The position numbers were made by a program, and so were the translations under genes. The notes below the pieces were generated by a model that was not told where the DNA came from, made no database searches, and worked only from the letters and a program-made list of their open reading frames with translations. From Carcharhinus longimanus (Eukaryota): DNA of 64,000 nucleotides. The stretch lies in assembly GCA_030264375.1 (NCBI GenBank), contig JASCQW010000154.1:23012906-23076905 (forward strand), in the 5' to 3' direction. Shown in pieces: positions 13,385 through 26,597 of this stretch (position 1 is its first letter; every line of letters starts with the position of its first letter).

Positions 13385-13680
13385 TTATTTTTTTTATTAA
13401 TGTCACAAGTAGACTTACATTAACACTGCAATGATATTTCTGTGAAAATCCCCTAGTTACCACATTCTGCCCCTGTTCGGGTACACTAAGAGAAAATTTA
13501 GCATGGCCAATGTACCCAACCAGCACGTTTTTCAGACTTTGGGAGGAAACTAGAACACCTGGAGGAAACGCACGCAGACACAAGGAGAACATGCAGACAG
13601 TGATCCAAGCCAGAAATTGAACCTGGGTCCCTGCTGCTATTAGGCAGCAGTGCTAAGCATTGTGCCACCATGCTGCCCTG
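13385..13680 (-). mobile_element. V-SINE type B
   Basis: Reverse complement of head, V-domain and type B tail. Confidence 0.8.
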
Positions 13681-15974
13681 TTTGTCTTTGCAGAAGAGAG
13701 ACAATAGAACTACTTGACTGCAATACAACGTTTTACCTGGACCCAGTATAGTCAGGAAAATTTATAATTTCTTTATAAGGTCTTTGGAATCTGTAATTGT
13801 TTTGAAGAATGTTTGAAGTGGCATTTTTAAGAGTTTGCATTAATTGTTTTCTAAAAGATAAGAAATGCTGACCCATGTGACCTGGAAGCAGTACCAGCAT
13901 GAAGGAAGTGAAGGAAGACATTGTATATCTGTCAGGCTCAAAAGAGAATTACAAGCAGAGGAACTGGAGGCTGAAGGCAATCAGTGCATAAATGTATACA
14001 CAAAGAGAAAACAGGCAGTGACAGAACATAGGGAATTCTTATGAAGAGAGTCAGGAAATCAATCTCAGGATGATATGTGTAGGGTTTCTGTTTGGGCAGA
14101 AAATGAAACATGAGCTCTTTGAGGTACTGGGCAAGCTGACTAAAAAGGTTCAAAACTTGGAAAGCTGCGTGAATAGTTCAGAGATGTCAAAGAGAAAGGT
14201 GTTATTCCAGAAATAGCCAAACCATGAACCAGGGTCTTTTTAACTGGTCGGTTGAAAAGGAACTCTGGAAAGTTACACTTTCAGGACTGNNNNNNNNNNC
14301 TCGCTGATGACAATCATACCCATGAATTTCAAAGGCAAAAGCTGTCATTGTGACCTGCACTGCATATTGCAGAACTGTTAACCTACATATTACCATATTG
14401 TGCAGGGAGTGATGTTAATACTAGTCAATATGTAAGATGTATCTTTGTTGTAGTGACTATTTCAAGTGAAACTTACCCTATTTAAAGTATCATTTGCCCG
14501 TTGATTCAGCTTTACTCTATATTAGCTCTGATTTATTTTAAAATAACAATAACAAAAAGTGAAATTTTGTTGGTAATTACTTCTTTTGGGGTCATTCAGT
14601 AAATTTCAGGTTTACAGTTCCCCTGCAGGAATCATAACAGGAAGACCAGGGAATTGAAGCCTTGTGAAATCAACATCACAAAACCAGATTATTTGGTCAT
14701 GATCACATTACTGTATGTGGGAGTTTGCTGTGTGCAAATTGGCTACATATTTTCTGCATTGTAACGATGACTGCACTTCAAAAGTATTTTATTGGCAATA
14801 AAACATTTTGAAATATCTGGTAGGTGATCATGAAAAGTGCTAAATAAAGCAGGCCTTATACCATTGTGTATCCTCCTAAACAACCCATTTCCATCTGATG
14901 CAAATTATCAATTTTCAACACTTAAAAGTTCTTCAGAGCACAAATGTACATTTATTATCTTGAAAATGTTTGATGTTAATATTCATCTAAATTACTAGCT
15001 AAGTTATGCAGACACGACTTTGCAGAGCTTCCAGGGAGCATATAAAAATGTTATCCATTGAATAAAAGTTGCATGGCTTTCAGATGTTTTTTTTCTCTAC
15101 AACAATGTCTTGCGAAGCATTAGCTTAGACTGCCAGCTAGAGGACAAAGCAAAATTGGAATACTATTAAGATTTTGAAAGAAGTGTTAGTGGGTGTTTAG
15201 AAGATTTCCCTGAGGGGAGCTCAATTTCACTGGCAGCAAGCCACCAACGGATCGAACAGACAATCTGTTCAACATACTGACCCTTCTTACAAATTCCACT
15301 TAATTTCTGGAAAGAATTTGTAATGTTCAAAGGCTTTTTTTTGCGTGCAAGCAACTAAATAAAGATGATGGATGAGTTTCATGGTGTTTCTGGCACTGGG
15401 CCATGTTAAGTATGGTTTTGTCCTTATCTTGACCTCTGCCAATACAAATCCAATCTGACTTTCATACCAGAGCCTGGAGCAGGTGAGCAGCCTGCAGACT
15501 CCTGTTGTTTCTGGGGCTTGTAAACTTTTCATAATTAGGAATATGCAAAATTCAGACTTTTGCAGACTGAACTCTCAACAATCTTTAATATGGAAAAGTC
15601 TTCCATCGCACTGGCATGGGTAAAAACATGCAAAAAACAATTAACTGTTCTGAACTGGTTTAAGTGCAGGCTGTCATGGACGCCTCAACATTAAATATCA
15701 GTTTACTACAAGGCTTCATCTGTGGTGCCATCTTTTCTTAATTTTAAACACCCCGGTTTAATGGAAATAACTACATCTTGTACAGGTAAAGCAATAGTTG
15801 TCTGCCAAGAGTCTGCACTTTGGATGAAGGAAATGGGGTGTGGGAGGATTACCAAAGAAAGAGCAAGTTAGAACAGTCACACAGCCAGTACAGAAAGCAG
15901 AGATGTAAAATCCAGCCTCCGCAATTTGCAAACTCTGTGCATTAGATGTACTGCAGAAAGTAATCAACGATCCT

Positions 15975-16225
15975 AAGACAGCACCTTCCAAACTGACGAC
16001 CGCTTCCATCTAGAAGGACAAGGGCAACAGATTCATGGGAACATCACCAGTTGCAAGTTCCCCTCCAAGCCACTCGCCATCCTGACTTGGAAATATATCG
16101 CCAGCATGAGGACTGCAGCATTTCAAGAAGGCAGCTCACCACCACCTTTTCAAGGGCAACTAGGGATGGGCAATAATTGCTGGCCAGACAGCGACACCCA
16201 TGTCCCATAATTGAATGAAAAAAAC
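15975..16225 (+). mobile_element. L2-like LINE 3' end
   Basis: ccatctagaaggacaagggc..caagttcccctccaagccact..ctcaccaccacct..caagggcaactagggatgggcaat. Its last ~60 nt match the tail of the L2-tailed SINEs. Confidence 0.6.
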
Positions 16226-16261
16226 AATACTTTTCCAGTTTGGGAAAAGCACAGGTTAAGG

Positions 16262-16472
16262 CCATTGTTTAGTTCAGTTAGCTTGACAACTGGTTTGTAA
16301 TGCCAAGCGATGCCAATAGCGTGGGCTCAATTCCTGTACTGGCTGAGATTATTCATGAAGGCCTTGCCTTCTCAACCTTACCTGAGGTGTGTTGATTCTC
16401 AGGTTTAATCACCAGCAGTGAGCTCTCCCCCTCAAAGGGGAGAAGTAGCCTATGGTCATTTGGGACTATGAT
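16262..16472 (+). mobile_element. tRNA-derived SINE (third family)
   Basis: tRNA-like head (tagttcagttag...ggctcaattcc) and body cccctcaaaggggagaag..gcctatggtcatttgggactatg. A split minus-strand copy lies at 24230-24357 and 26840-26932. Confidence 0.6.
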
Positions 16473-17354
16473 GATACAGGATAGAGGACTACAGGGTTGA
16501 GATGCGAAGGTGGTGGTAATGCAGAGGAAGCATATTGATCTTTACAACATGGAAGGTAGGGGTAGAAGGAAGAGTTAGGTTAGATCGATTGGCCATGGTA
16601 GATCACCTCTTTGTTTCCCAAGACGTTTAAGTTAGATGGAGTAGCCATGGGCTAGGTCTTGGGTAAGATACTCAGGCAGAGAGTCTGCGCAGGCTCAAGG
16701 GGCCGAATGACCTTCTTTTGCACTGTAGGGAACTTATAATCCTATGGTTTAAAGAAGTAAGAGATGATACTATCCAATATAGGTGGAAGTGTAGTGAAGA
16801 GTATTGTGGCTTATATGAGGGCAACGGTGCTATCCCAAGCTTGCTTTTAAAGTATAAGTTTAATTTCTTGGCCAATTCTATTGAACAAAATAAAACCAAG
16901 GTTTTTTTTTCACTTTTCCAAAACATATTTCTCACCATAACCTCTAACTCTTGCAGGAAGTTAGAGACCTTGGTGGAATTTTACTGGCACCCCAAATTCG
17001 GGGCAGGTGAGGCTCACAAAGTAGCATTCTCCGTTGGCCTCGGGTGGGATCTTATGAGCCTTGGACAGGCGAGGTGGCAAAATTCCGGCACTTGTGTAAT
17101 GCAGTGTAAGTAAAAGTGCTGAAGCCACTATTTACAAAGGGAGAAACACAAATGTTAGAAGGACATGGATTATGAAGAGTAACTAAAAGGAAATGCTGAA
17201 AAAGAAGTTAAAAGTTTGAGAAAATATATGAATGAGGATGTGAGAGAATTGAAGCAGACCACATTTTATTTTAAAAGGAAGGATCAAACAATTAAAAGGA
17301 CTGTCTAGCAAAATAAGTTGGAACTGGGAGATAAATTTAACAAAGTCAGTGTTA

Positions 17355-17923
17355 TAGAATCATAGAATCCCTACAGTGCAGAAGGAGGCCAGTTGGTTCA
17401 TTGAGTCTGCAACAACTGCAATCCCACTCAGGCCCTATCCCCATAACCCCATATATTTACCCTGCTAATCACCCTGACACTAAGTAACTATTTAGCATTG
17501 ACTAATCCACTTAACCCACACATCTTTGGAGTATTAGAGAGTGAGAATTCCAAATAAGAATAACTCAAACAGATGACGAGGAAGCAACTACGATAATATA
17601 GTTGATAGATGGCAAGTTCTTCTAGTTCTGTTGACATCTATGGCATTTTGTTTCTCTTGCCTTTCCCACCACCAAGGGGAGGGAGTTTGTTATCAGTGGG
17701 ACTGGAAGATCTGGCTCAGTTTTTTTAAATTATTGTCACAAGTCAGCTTACATTAATACTTCAACGAAGTTACTGTGAAAATCCCCAGTTGCCACACTCC
17801 AATGCCAGTTGGGTGCGCTGAGGGAGAATTTAGCATGGCCAAACCCCCTAACCAGCATGTCTTTCAGACTGTGGGAGGAAACCAGAGCACCTAGAGAAAA
17901 CACATGCAGACACTGGGAGAACA
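17355..17923 (-). mobile_element. Two V-SINE fragments (CR1-tail 17355-17530; type B 17725-17923)
   Basis: tagaatcatagaatccctacagtgcagaaggaggcc tail, and a type B tail plus V-domain ending at a gap. Confidence 0.75.
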
Positions 17924-18024
17924 NNNNNNNNNNNNNNNNNNNNNNNNNNNNNNNNNNNNNNNNNNNNNNNNNNNNNNNNNNNNNNNNNNNNNNNNNNNNN
18001 NNNNNNNNNNNNNNNNNNNNNNNN

Positions 18025-18255
18025 AAGTCTCACAACACCAGGCTAAAGTCCAACAGGTTTATTTGGAATCATGAGCTTTCGGAGTGATGCCCTTTCATCA
18101 GGTGAGTCAAGCAACCCCCAAGTGCCGCTCCTTCACCTGAGGAAGGAGCAGTGCTCCAAAATCTTGTGATTCCAAATAAACCTGTTGGACTTTAATCTGG
18201 TGTTGTGAGACTTCGATCTGTGCCCACCCCAGCCCAACACTGGCATCTCCAAATC
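18025..18255. mobile_element. Penelope-like foldback element (family 1)
   Basis: Same inverted arms as 3882-4081. Hammerhead-like motifs at 18069-18105 (-) and 18133-18169 (+). Confidence 0.65.
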
Positions 18256-19264
18256 ATGAAACCTGAAGACATCCCAAATTGTGCAAAATGAAAAGGGACC
18301 AACTAGATGAAGTTGTTCTTTGTGCCATAAGGCAGCCATTTTTGATTTGGACTCTAAAGATCTCAATTGAATTAATTGAATTTGAGGCTTGCTGTAGCAT
18401 TGAAGCACACACGTCAATCAACTACCGCTTGTTTTATCGCTACATCATGAGATAATTAAACATACCTCACTCATCAAGCAGTGATTCCAGTCCTTGGTTG
18501 GAAACCAAATCAGACCAGCTGAAATGCAAACTGCACGGAACTGGATTAAAGTTCAATGCTGGATGTCACGGTTGGGTTCTGATTGAATGGGGTGAAAAAG
18601 AACATTTGGAAAACATCAAATCACTAAGTTAGCAGCAAGCTTAAAAAGCAGCTTTGCATCAACCTCCAATATTACAGGATGTATAAAACCCAAGGCCATA
18701 GAATGTCATGCCATAGGGTGGAATGCCTGGCTAACCCAAAGAAGCAGAATACCTAGTGGGATAACACCAGATGGGACATGCCAAAGTCATAGTGATGGCA
18801 TGCCATATTGTGGGCAATAGATGCATGTGGGAGCCTGAAGCCCACCTGCTGATAGTTAATGTTTCAATTAAACTTCTTAAAGCCCCAATCAACCAGGATT
18901 TTTAGTGGTCCGTGCACTTCACCCTTGACACGTGAGCCAATTGGCCAGGTGACATTTACATTTTTGCACCATTCTCAATCCAGAACGGGATAAAAGGCCC
19001 AAATATGTTTGAAGTTTGGTGATTAAGGAGTATTGCAGTCAGTAATTTGTTGTATAGAGTAGATAGTTTGGGGTATTTCTTTTGTGGAGATAGTCTTTCA
19101 CCAACCCTGCAACTCCCTGAGGCATCTCCATAGCAGTTGCCAGTCTTCAGGGAGCTGCCTGTACCTTTCACTGTCTTGGCACCCACCCTTTCCCCCCACC
19201 CTGGCAGCACTGAGCCTCTCAGCACAAAGTTGCTGAGGAGGTGAGAACAGATTTCACATTTGCT

Positions 19265-19580
19265 TCATAGAAGCCCTTCGGTGCAGAAGGAGGCCACTTG
19301 GTCCATCAAGTCTGCACGGACCACAATCCCACCCTATCCCTATAACCCCATTTATCTACTCTCCTAGTCCCCCGACACTGAGAGCCAATTTAGCATGGCC
19401 ATCAACCAAACCCGCACATCTTCAGACTATGGGAGGAAGCCGGAGCACCCAGAAGAAACGTACACAACACGGAGAACGTACAACCTCCACACAGACAGTG
19501 ACCCGAGGCAGGAACTGAATCCAGGTTCCTGACACTATGAGGAAGCGATGCTAACCATTGTGCCACTGTGATGCCCACCA
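19265..19580 (-). mobile_element. HE1-like V-SINE (CR1-type tail)
   Basis: Complete reverse-complement copy. Confidence 0.8.
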
Positions 19581-21719
19581 CATCGTTTTTGATCCTACTG
19601 AATGCGCTTATCTGATGAGCTAAAAATTCTCGCCCAAGTTATATTTCGCATAATATAAATCGTGCAAGTTTCCGAAAGCTGATCTGATATCATTTGTGGA
19701 AAGTGTCTCTCACAAAAGTACATCATTAATAATGAAGCATTTTGGCATTAAGCCTGAATTGTCACCATCTAAAAAAAAATAGACTTTGATTTGATTTTTT
19801 TAAAATAAATGTCCATCCCAATCCCTGTTCCCATCTCACAATTTTCTCTTTTATACTGATTCATTGTTGNNNNNNNNNNNNNNNNNNNNNNNNNNNNNNN
19901 NNNNNNNNNNNNNNNNNNNNNNNNNNNNNNNNNNNNNNNNNNNNNNNNNNNNNNNNNNNNNNNNNNNNNTTCAAAAATCAAGACTAAAAATTTCCATACA
20001 TCTAAAATGTTAGCTGCTTGAAACTTTCACAGCAAAATTTGAAACTGTAAATATTAAAATGGAATAATCATTAAAGTAATTATTTCAGCAAAGTTATGTC
20101 AAGAGTTCAGCTACAGTTAGATCCTTAGAACTGATCTGGTGCCCTATTAGCTTTTAAAAATCTGCTAGTCTACCAAGAGAGGCAATTAAATTTTCAAATG
20201 AGATTCTGGGGAATGTGGTTTGCCTCAGGCCTTATGCAAATATTCCACATCTTCATCAACATCGGGAGGCCTGCACCCCAGAATAAATGACAATACCAAA
20301 ACACAAAAGAATGTCACTGATGGACTCAGGCCCTTGTGGGTGGGTAAAACCCTGGTGGAGACCAGTTTACATACATTTTGTAAACTGTTTTCCTTACAGA
20401 CTCCATTGCAACAGTGGATTAGCAACAAAGGACTCTGACTCACGAGATCAACTGGTACATTTTGAACATTCCCCTCAGTTTAGGCCAAGATTTGAATTGT
20501 TCCATTACTTAGAAGCAGATAGTCTCATCTGACCACAGAATTGCTTTAGCACAGGAGGAGGCCATTCATCCCATTGTGTCTGCACAGGCCCTCCGAATGA
20601 GCATGCTCACAGTTGGTGATTAAAAGAGAGGAATGACAATTCTGCAGTCCTAAATTATTCAGTTGTTCAGCTTTATTGATGGCTAAGTATACTCAGTGGT
20701 GTGGGCCAGAATTCTCTGATCTCATACATCCCGCCACTACTACCAGTGAGAACGGAGAATTTGGCGCTCAGCCAAATCTTCATTCCCAGCAGCGGGACTG
20801 GAAAATTCCAGCACGAGCAAAAGCACAGAATTATGAGAGTGGTTTGACACTAGATAAAAGATTTCCCAAGTTCACCCCATCCTAGATCTGGAATTATACA
20901 ATTGTGGCAAAGAAACATTAAGGTTTCAGTATTGAACACACATCCTCATGCTGTGAGGCTTGGGAAAGGCCCAGTCCGTGACTCCATTTATGATTATTTG
21001 GCAGTGCGTGCTGAAATCTGCAGTGTAATGGCTGGACATTATCAATGTTGATCTCGTTATCTGTGAAATGAATCATAGATAATGCCCAACTTTCTAAATA
21101 AGGGATAGCCTCCTGAACTTTGCAAATTATAGGTGTTGGTGCCCACAGAATTGCTTCCTGCAATCAGTTAGCCCTGATCCCTCAGCACGTTACTCTGTCA
21201 GAGAGTCGAGGCAGATTAGATGGGCCGAATGGCCTCTTTCACTGTAGGGATTCCACGATTCGGTGAAAATCCTCATTGTCCACCTGCTTCTAAAATGTGA
21301 CTTTTCAAAGAAGGTCTGGAAAGTGATGAAGGGGTTTTTGTCACAGTGTGAGCAGCCCCATAATGCACCACTCATGCTCCACAGGCTCTTCCCAGAGAAA
21401 CGCAGTGGGACAAATTGCAGTTGGAGGACCATTAAGTCAGTCAAGGTGCTCTTTGTTTTGCTCAAACCTTGTTGGTCTACCAGTACGATGACTGAGTGTT
21501 GCAGACTGACATATTCCAAGGTCGAGGATTAGATGCTGATGGGGCGCGTTAGAAGGTGTGGCAATGTGGCTGTGGATTGTGCTGACTCTTAACTGCCCTC
21601 TGCAATGGCCTAACATGCCACTCAATTCAAGGGCAATAAGGAATCAGCAGCAAATGCTGGCCTTGCCAGGACTGCCCATAATCCATTAATAAATAAAGAA
21701 AAAAAATAGGAAGAAAGCT

Positions 21720-22030
21720 TGAGGCAGCATCCACTGTGGCACTGTGGTTAGCACTGCTGCCTCACAATGCCAGATACCTGGGTTCATTTCCTGGCTTGGG
21801 TCACTGGCCTGCAGTTTGCACATTCTCCCCATGTCTGCACAGGTTTCCTCCAGGTGCTCCGGTTTCCTCCCACAGTCCAAAAGATGTGCTGATTAGGTAT
21901 GTTGGCCATGCTAAATTCTCCCTCAGTGTACCCGAACAGGCGCCAGACTGCGCAGACTAGGACATTTTCACAGCGACTTTATTGCTGTGTTAATGTAAGC
22001 CTACTTGTAACAATAATAAATAAACTTTAA
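21720..22030 (+). mobile_element. V-SINE type B
   Basis: Head, V-domain and tail ending aataataaataaacttta. Confidence 0.85.
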
Positions 22031-22471
22031 ATGCAAAAAGTCAATTTCAGGTTCTCCTGTTAAAATTACACTGATGGGCTGGAACCTAGGTAAACCCAAT
22101 TGACTACGTATCACAGAATATTGGTCATGAAATGGAAATGGTAAATATAATCTGCAGTTGTAAGCATAATGAGGCACATTTTTTATTTATGTTCTCAAAG
22201 AAACCTTACCCATCAGACAGTTACCATATAACTATAGAATATTCACAGTGCAGAAAGAGGCTATATAGCCCATCAAGTATGCACTAAAAGAACATCCCAC
22301 CTAGGTCCTCCCTGTGCCCTATCCCCATAACCCCCTGCATTTACCATGGCTAATCCACCCAATTTACACATCTTTGATCACTAAGGGGCAATTTTGCATG
22401 GCCAACCCAGCTAACCTGCATATCGTTAGACTGTGGATGGAAGGAAATCAGAGCACCTGGAGGAAACCTAC

Positions 22472-23332
22472 TGTGATGATACTGTGCCTTTAAGAAATCT
22501 ATTTTAATCATGTTTTTCCACAGAATGTTTCTGCATTCTTGGCAATTTGTCCGTACCATGTCGTCTGTAGCCAGTGTCCTTTAATGCTACTGAGGCAGTG
22601 TAACTGATATCATGTCAATTTTAATTTGGACTAAAGTAGTGTTCTGTGATTTTAATGTGTCCTCTGGAATTGCTGAGTGGAACTTGATAGGGATTGATTG
22701 ACAGTTTATGTCATCTGGCTAGGGACAACTACACTTCACAGAAAATTACAGTCCTTGTTTTGACAGTTGCTGCCAGAAGCTGGTGGAAGAAGGCAGTGTC
22801 TCAGGATCAGGGGTTATAGGGAAAAGGCAAGAGAATGGGGATGAGAAAAATATCAGACAAGACTGAATGATGGAGCAGACTCAATGGACCGAGTGGATTC
22901 ATTCTGCTCCTATGTCTTATGGTCTCTCTCCAGAGGCTTTCTGAATGTTCTAAGACTGGGGAACCTCAGAGAATTGATCCAACATTCATAGGATCAGTTC
23001 CCAGAAGGCATGAAAAAGCTGAAAGATCCAGCATTACGTGAGCATACTTGCTTGCTATGCTAGTCTGGAGAAGGGTGCATGCCTGTGGGATGGTGTTTGA
23101 CTTGGAACAACTTGGATAGCTAGCTGTTAAGAACCATACTGTGTTATGTTTAAGTCTTCTAATTGGTAAAAGTTATGCTAATTGTTTTGTTTGATAAAAG
23201 CTTCCTAGTGGATCGCTTGAATCATACCCGGAATGAAACACTTTATTCTCAATCATGTCAAAATCAAATGTAAGTCTTAGGGCCTGGGTACCTCACAAAA
23301 TACCTTGGGAGTTATTGACCTGGGGCTTAGCA
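22472..23332. mobile_element. Probable solo LTR inserted in a V-SINE (22232-23425, -)
   Basis: Begins TGTGA and ends TTAGCA, flanked by CTAC/CCAC (4-bp TSD-like). The SINE resumes exactly afterwards. Contains a CR1 tail at ~22803-22923. Confidence 0.55.
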
Positions 23333-24505
23333 CCACAGAAATGGGGAAAATGTGTAAACTCTACACAGCCACTCAAGGCCTGAATCAAACCCAGGTCCCT
23401 GGTGCTGTGATGCAGCAGTGCTTTACTAACTATCAGTAAATCCTTTAATGTTGACGACTCGTCTGTTCTCAGCAGCCTGAATCTCTTGCTGAAGGGAGAA
23501 GGGCTGACTTCTGGTCTCCGAGATTCTACCTTCTGCCTCCAGCTACTATTGTTTCAATTGATGGTTGTGAGACATCAGGCTTTGGTGGTTCCCTGCCACA
23601 ATTCTGTGGATGAACCTGAGGATTGGCAGCCAAACGATGTAATCAGAGAAGTACATCTTTCATTTTTCCTCCCTCACCCAGGGGGAAGCACCGGTCCCTG
23701 GCTCAATGGTTCCTTATATAGGCACTGTTGGATAATTCACCATTTCAGAGTCACTCTGGCATCGATCAGGTCCCCTCCCTCTCTAGGAGAGTGTAATAGA
23801 GCTCCAGTGTCTTTCCCCCAAAGATCTTACTGTCAGACATGTGAGATATTTAAACTAAGCGTTTAACAATGTCAAGCTAGGGCCTCACACTCCTGTTTAT
23901 TAACACGGACGAGTCTCTGTTTCATGTGGTTACAAACCATGAATTAAAAAGCAGACACATTTTCTCAGGTGCTCTCATCTATGGTATGAAGTTAAAATGT
24001 TATAGGATCTGGAAGGGAGTTCCTGTTTTCATTCCTTTTAAATTCACTGCAGACATTTTGATGATGCTGAGTATATTCAGACCACCCAGAACTAGAAATC
24101 ACAACACCTCCTTCCTTCTGCACATTAGGGATTTTATGGTTACATACAGTAAACTGCAACTATGAGTAGCAGTGAAGAATTTCAAGTTCTGGTCCCTCTA
24201 TCAATTTTCCAATTTTTTAAAATGTGAAGTGGCCATTGTCTCAAATGACCTTAGGCTGCTTTTCCCTTTGAGGGAGAGAGCTGACAGATGGTGATTTAAC
24301 CCAAGGATCACCATACCTCAGGCAAGGATGAGGTTCAGAAGGCAGGGTCTTCATGATAAGATCGTAAAATAGATCATAGATTTCCTACGGTGCAGGAGAA
24401 GGCTATTTGGCCCATTGGGTCTGCACCGACTCTCCAAAAGAGCATCTTACCAACGGTGACTCCCACACCCTATCCCTGTAACTCCACACATTTACCATGG
24501 GTAAT

Positions 24506-26597
24506 CATAGAGTCATAGAGGGTTACAGCATGGAAACAGGCCCTTTGGCCCAACTTGTCCATGTGGCCCTTTTTTTTAAACACTAAGTTAGTCCCAATTG
24601 CCTACATATGGCATATATCCCTCCATACTCATCTTATCCACGTAACTGCCTAAATGTGTATTAAAAGACAAAATTGTACCCACCCCTGCTACTATCTCTG
24701 ACAGCTTGTTCCAGACACTCACCACCCTCTGTGTGAAGAAATTGCCCCTCTGGACCCTTTTGTATCTCTCCCCTCTCACCTTAAACCTATGCCCTCTAGT
24801 TTTAGACTCCCCTACNNNNNNNNNNNNNNNNNNNNNNNNNNNNNNNNNNNNNNNNNNNNNNNNNNNNNNNNNNNNNNNNNNNNNNNNNNNNNNNNNNNNN
24901 NNNNNNNNNNNNNNNTCTGGACCCTTTTGTATCTCTCCCCTCTCACTTAAACCAATGCTGTCTAGTTTTAGACTCCCCTACCTTTGGAAAAAGATATTAA
25001 CTGTCTAGCTGATCTATGCCCCTCATTATTTTATCGACCTCCATAAAATCACCCCTAAGCCTACACTCCAGAGAAAAAAGTCCCAGTCCATCCAGCCTCT
25101 CCTTACGACTCAAATCATCAAGACCCAGTGGCATCCTAGTAAATCTTTTCTGCATTCTTCCTAGTTTAGTAACATCATTTCTATAATAGGATGAACAAAT
25201 CTGTACACAGTATTCCAAGTGTGGCCTTACCAATGTCTTGTAAACTTCAACAAGGCATCCCATTTCCTGTATTCAATGTTCTGACCAATAAAACCAAGCA
25301 TGCCAAATGCCTTCTTCATCACTCTGTCCACCTGTAGCTCCACTTTCAAGGAGCTATGAGCCTATACCCAGATCTCTTTGTTCTGTAACTCTCCCCAACA
25401 TCCTACCATTAACTGAATAAGTCCTGCCTTTGTTCAATCGACCAAAATGCATCACCTCACATATATCTAAATTAAACTCCATCTGCCATTCATGACCCCA
25501 CTGGTTCATTTGATCAAGATCCTGTGGCAATCCTAGATAACCTACTTCACTGTCCACTATGTCACCAATCTTGGTGTCATCTGCAAACTTACTAACCATG
25601 CCTACTAAATTCTCACCCAAATCATTAATATAAATGACAAATAACAGTGGACCCAGTACCGATTCCTGAGGCAGACCACTGGTTACAGGATCCAGTTTGA
25701 AAAACAGTCATCCAGAACCACCCTCTCTCTTCTATTATCAAGATAATTTTTTATCCATTTAGCTACCTCGCCCTGGATCCCGAGAGGTTTAACTTTATGC
25801 AACAATCTACCATGTGGCACTTTGTCAAAGACCTTGCTAAAGTCCATCTAGACAAGATCAACTGCACTTCTCTCATCTATCCTCTTGGTAACCTCTTCAA
25901 AAAACTCAATCAAATATGTGAGACATGATTTTCCACTCACAAAGCCATGCTGGCTGCCCCTAATCAACCCTTGTGTCTCTAAATGTCTGTAGATCCTGTC
26001 TCTCAAAATACCTTCTAACAACTTACCCAGTACAGATTTGAAGCTTACCAGCCTGTAGTTCCCAAGCTTTTCCCTGCAGCCCCTCTTAAACAAAGGCACA
26101 ACATTTGCCACCCTCCAATCTTCAGGCACCTCACCGGTGACTACCGATGATTCAAGTATTTCTGCTAGGGGACCCGTAGTTTCCTCCCTAGCCTCCCACA
26201 GCGTCCTGGGAAGTACTCTATCAGTTTCGGGGGATTGATCTACCTTGATGTGCTTTAAAACTTCCAGCACCTCCTTCTCTGTTATATCTACACTCCTCAA
26301 GACATCCCTATTTATTTCCCCAAGTTCCCTAACATCTGTGTTTTTCTTAACAGTGAATACTGATGAGAAATATTCATTTAGAATCTCACTCATCTCTTGT
26401 GGATCTGCACATAAATGACCTTGTTGATCCTTAAGAGATCCTACTATCTCCCTAGCTACTCTTTACCCTTTATGTATTTGTAGAAGCTGTTTGGACTCTC
26501 CTTTGTCTTATCTGCCAAAACAATCTCGTATCCCCCTTTTGCCCTCCTGATTTCTCTCTTAATTGCACTCTTACATCTTCTACACTCTTCAAGGGAT
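24506..26597 (-). mobile_element. CR1 LINE, ~2.1-kb 5'-truncated copy with decayed reverse transcriptase
   Basis: ORF pieces VPEDWRVANVVPLFKRG..NYRLVS..QHGFVSGKSCLT, SKFADDTKIG, RPHLEYCVQ and GNFFTQRVVSVWN, with frameshifts and stops. Confidence 0.92.
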
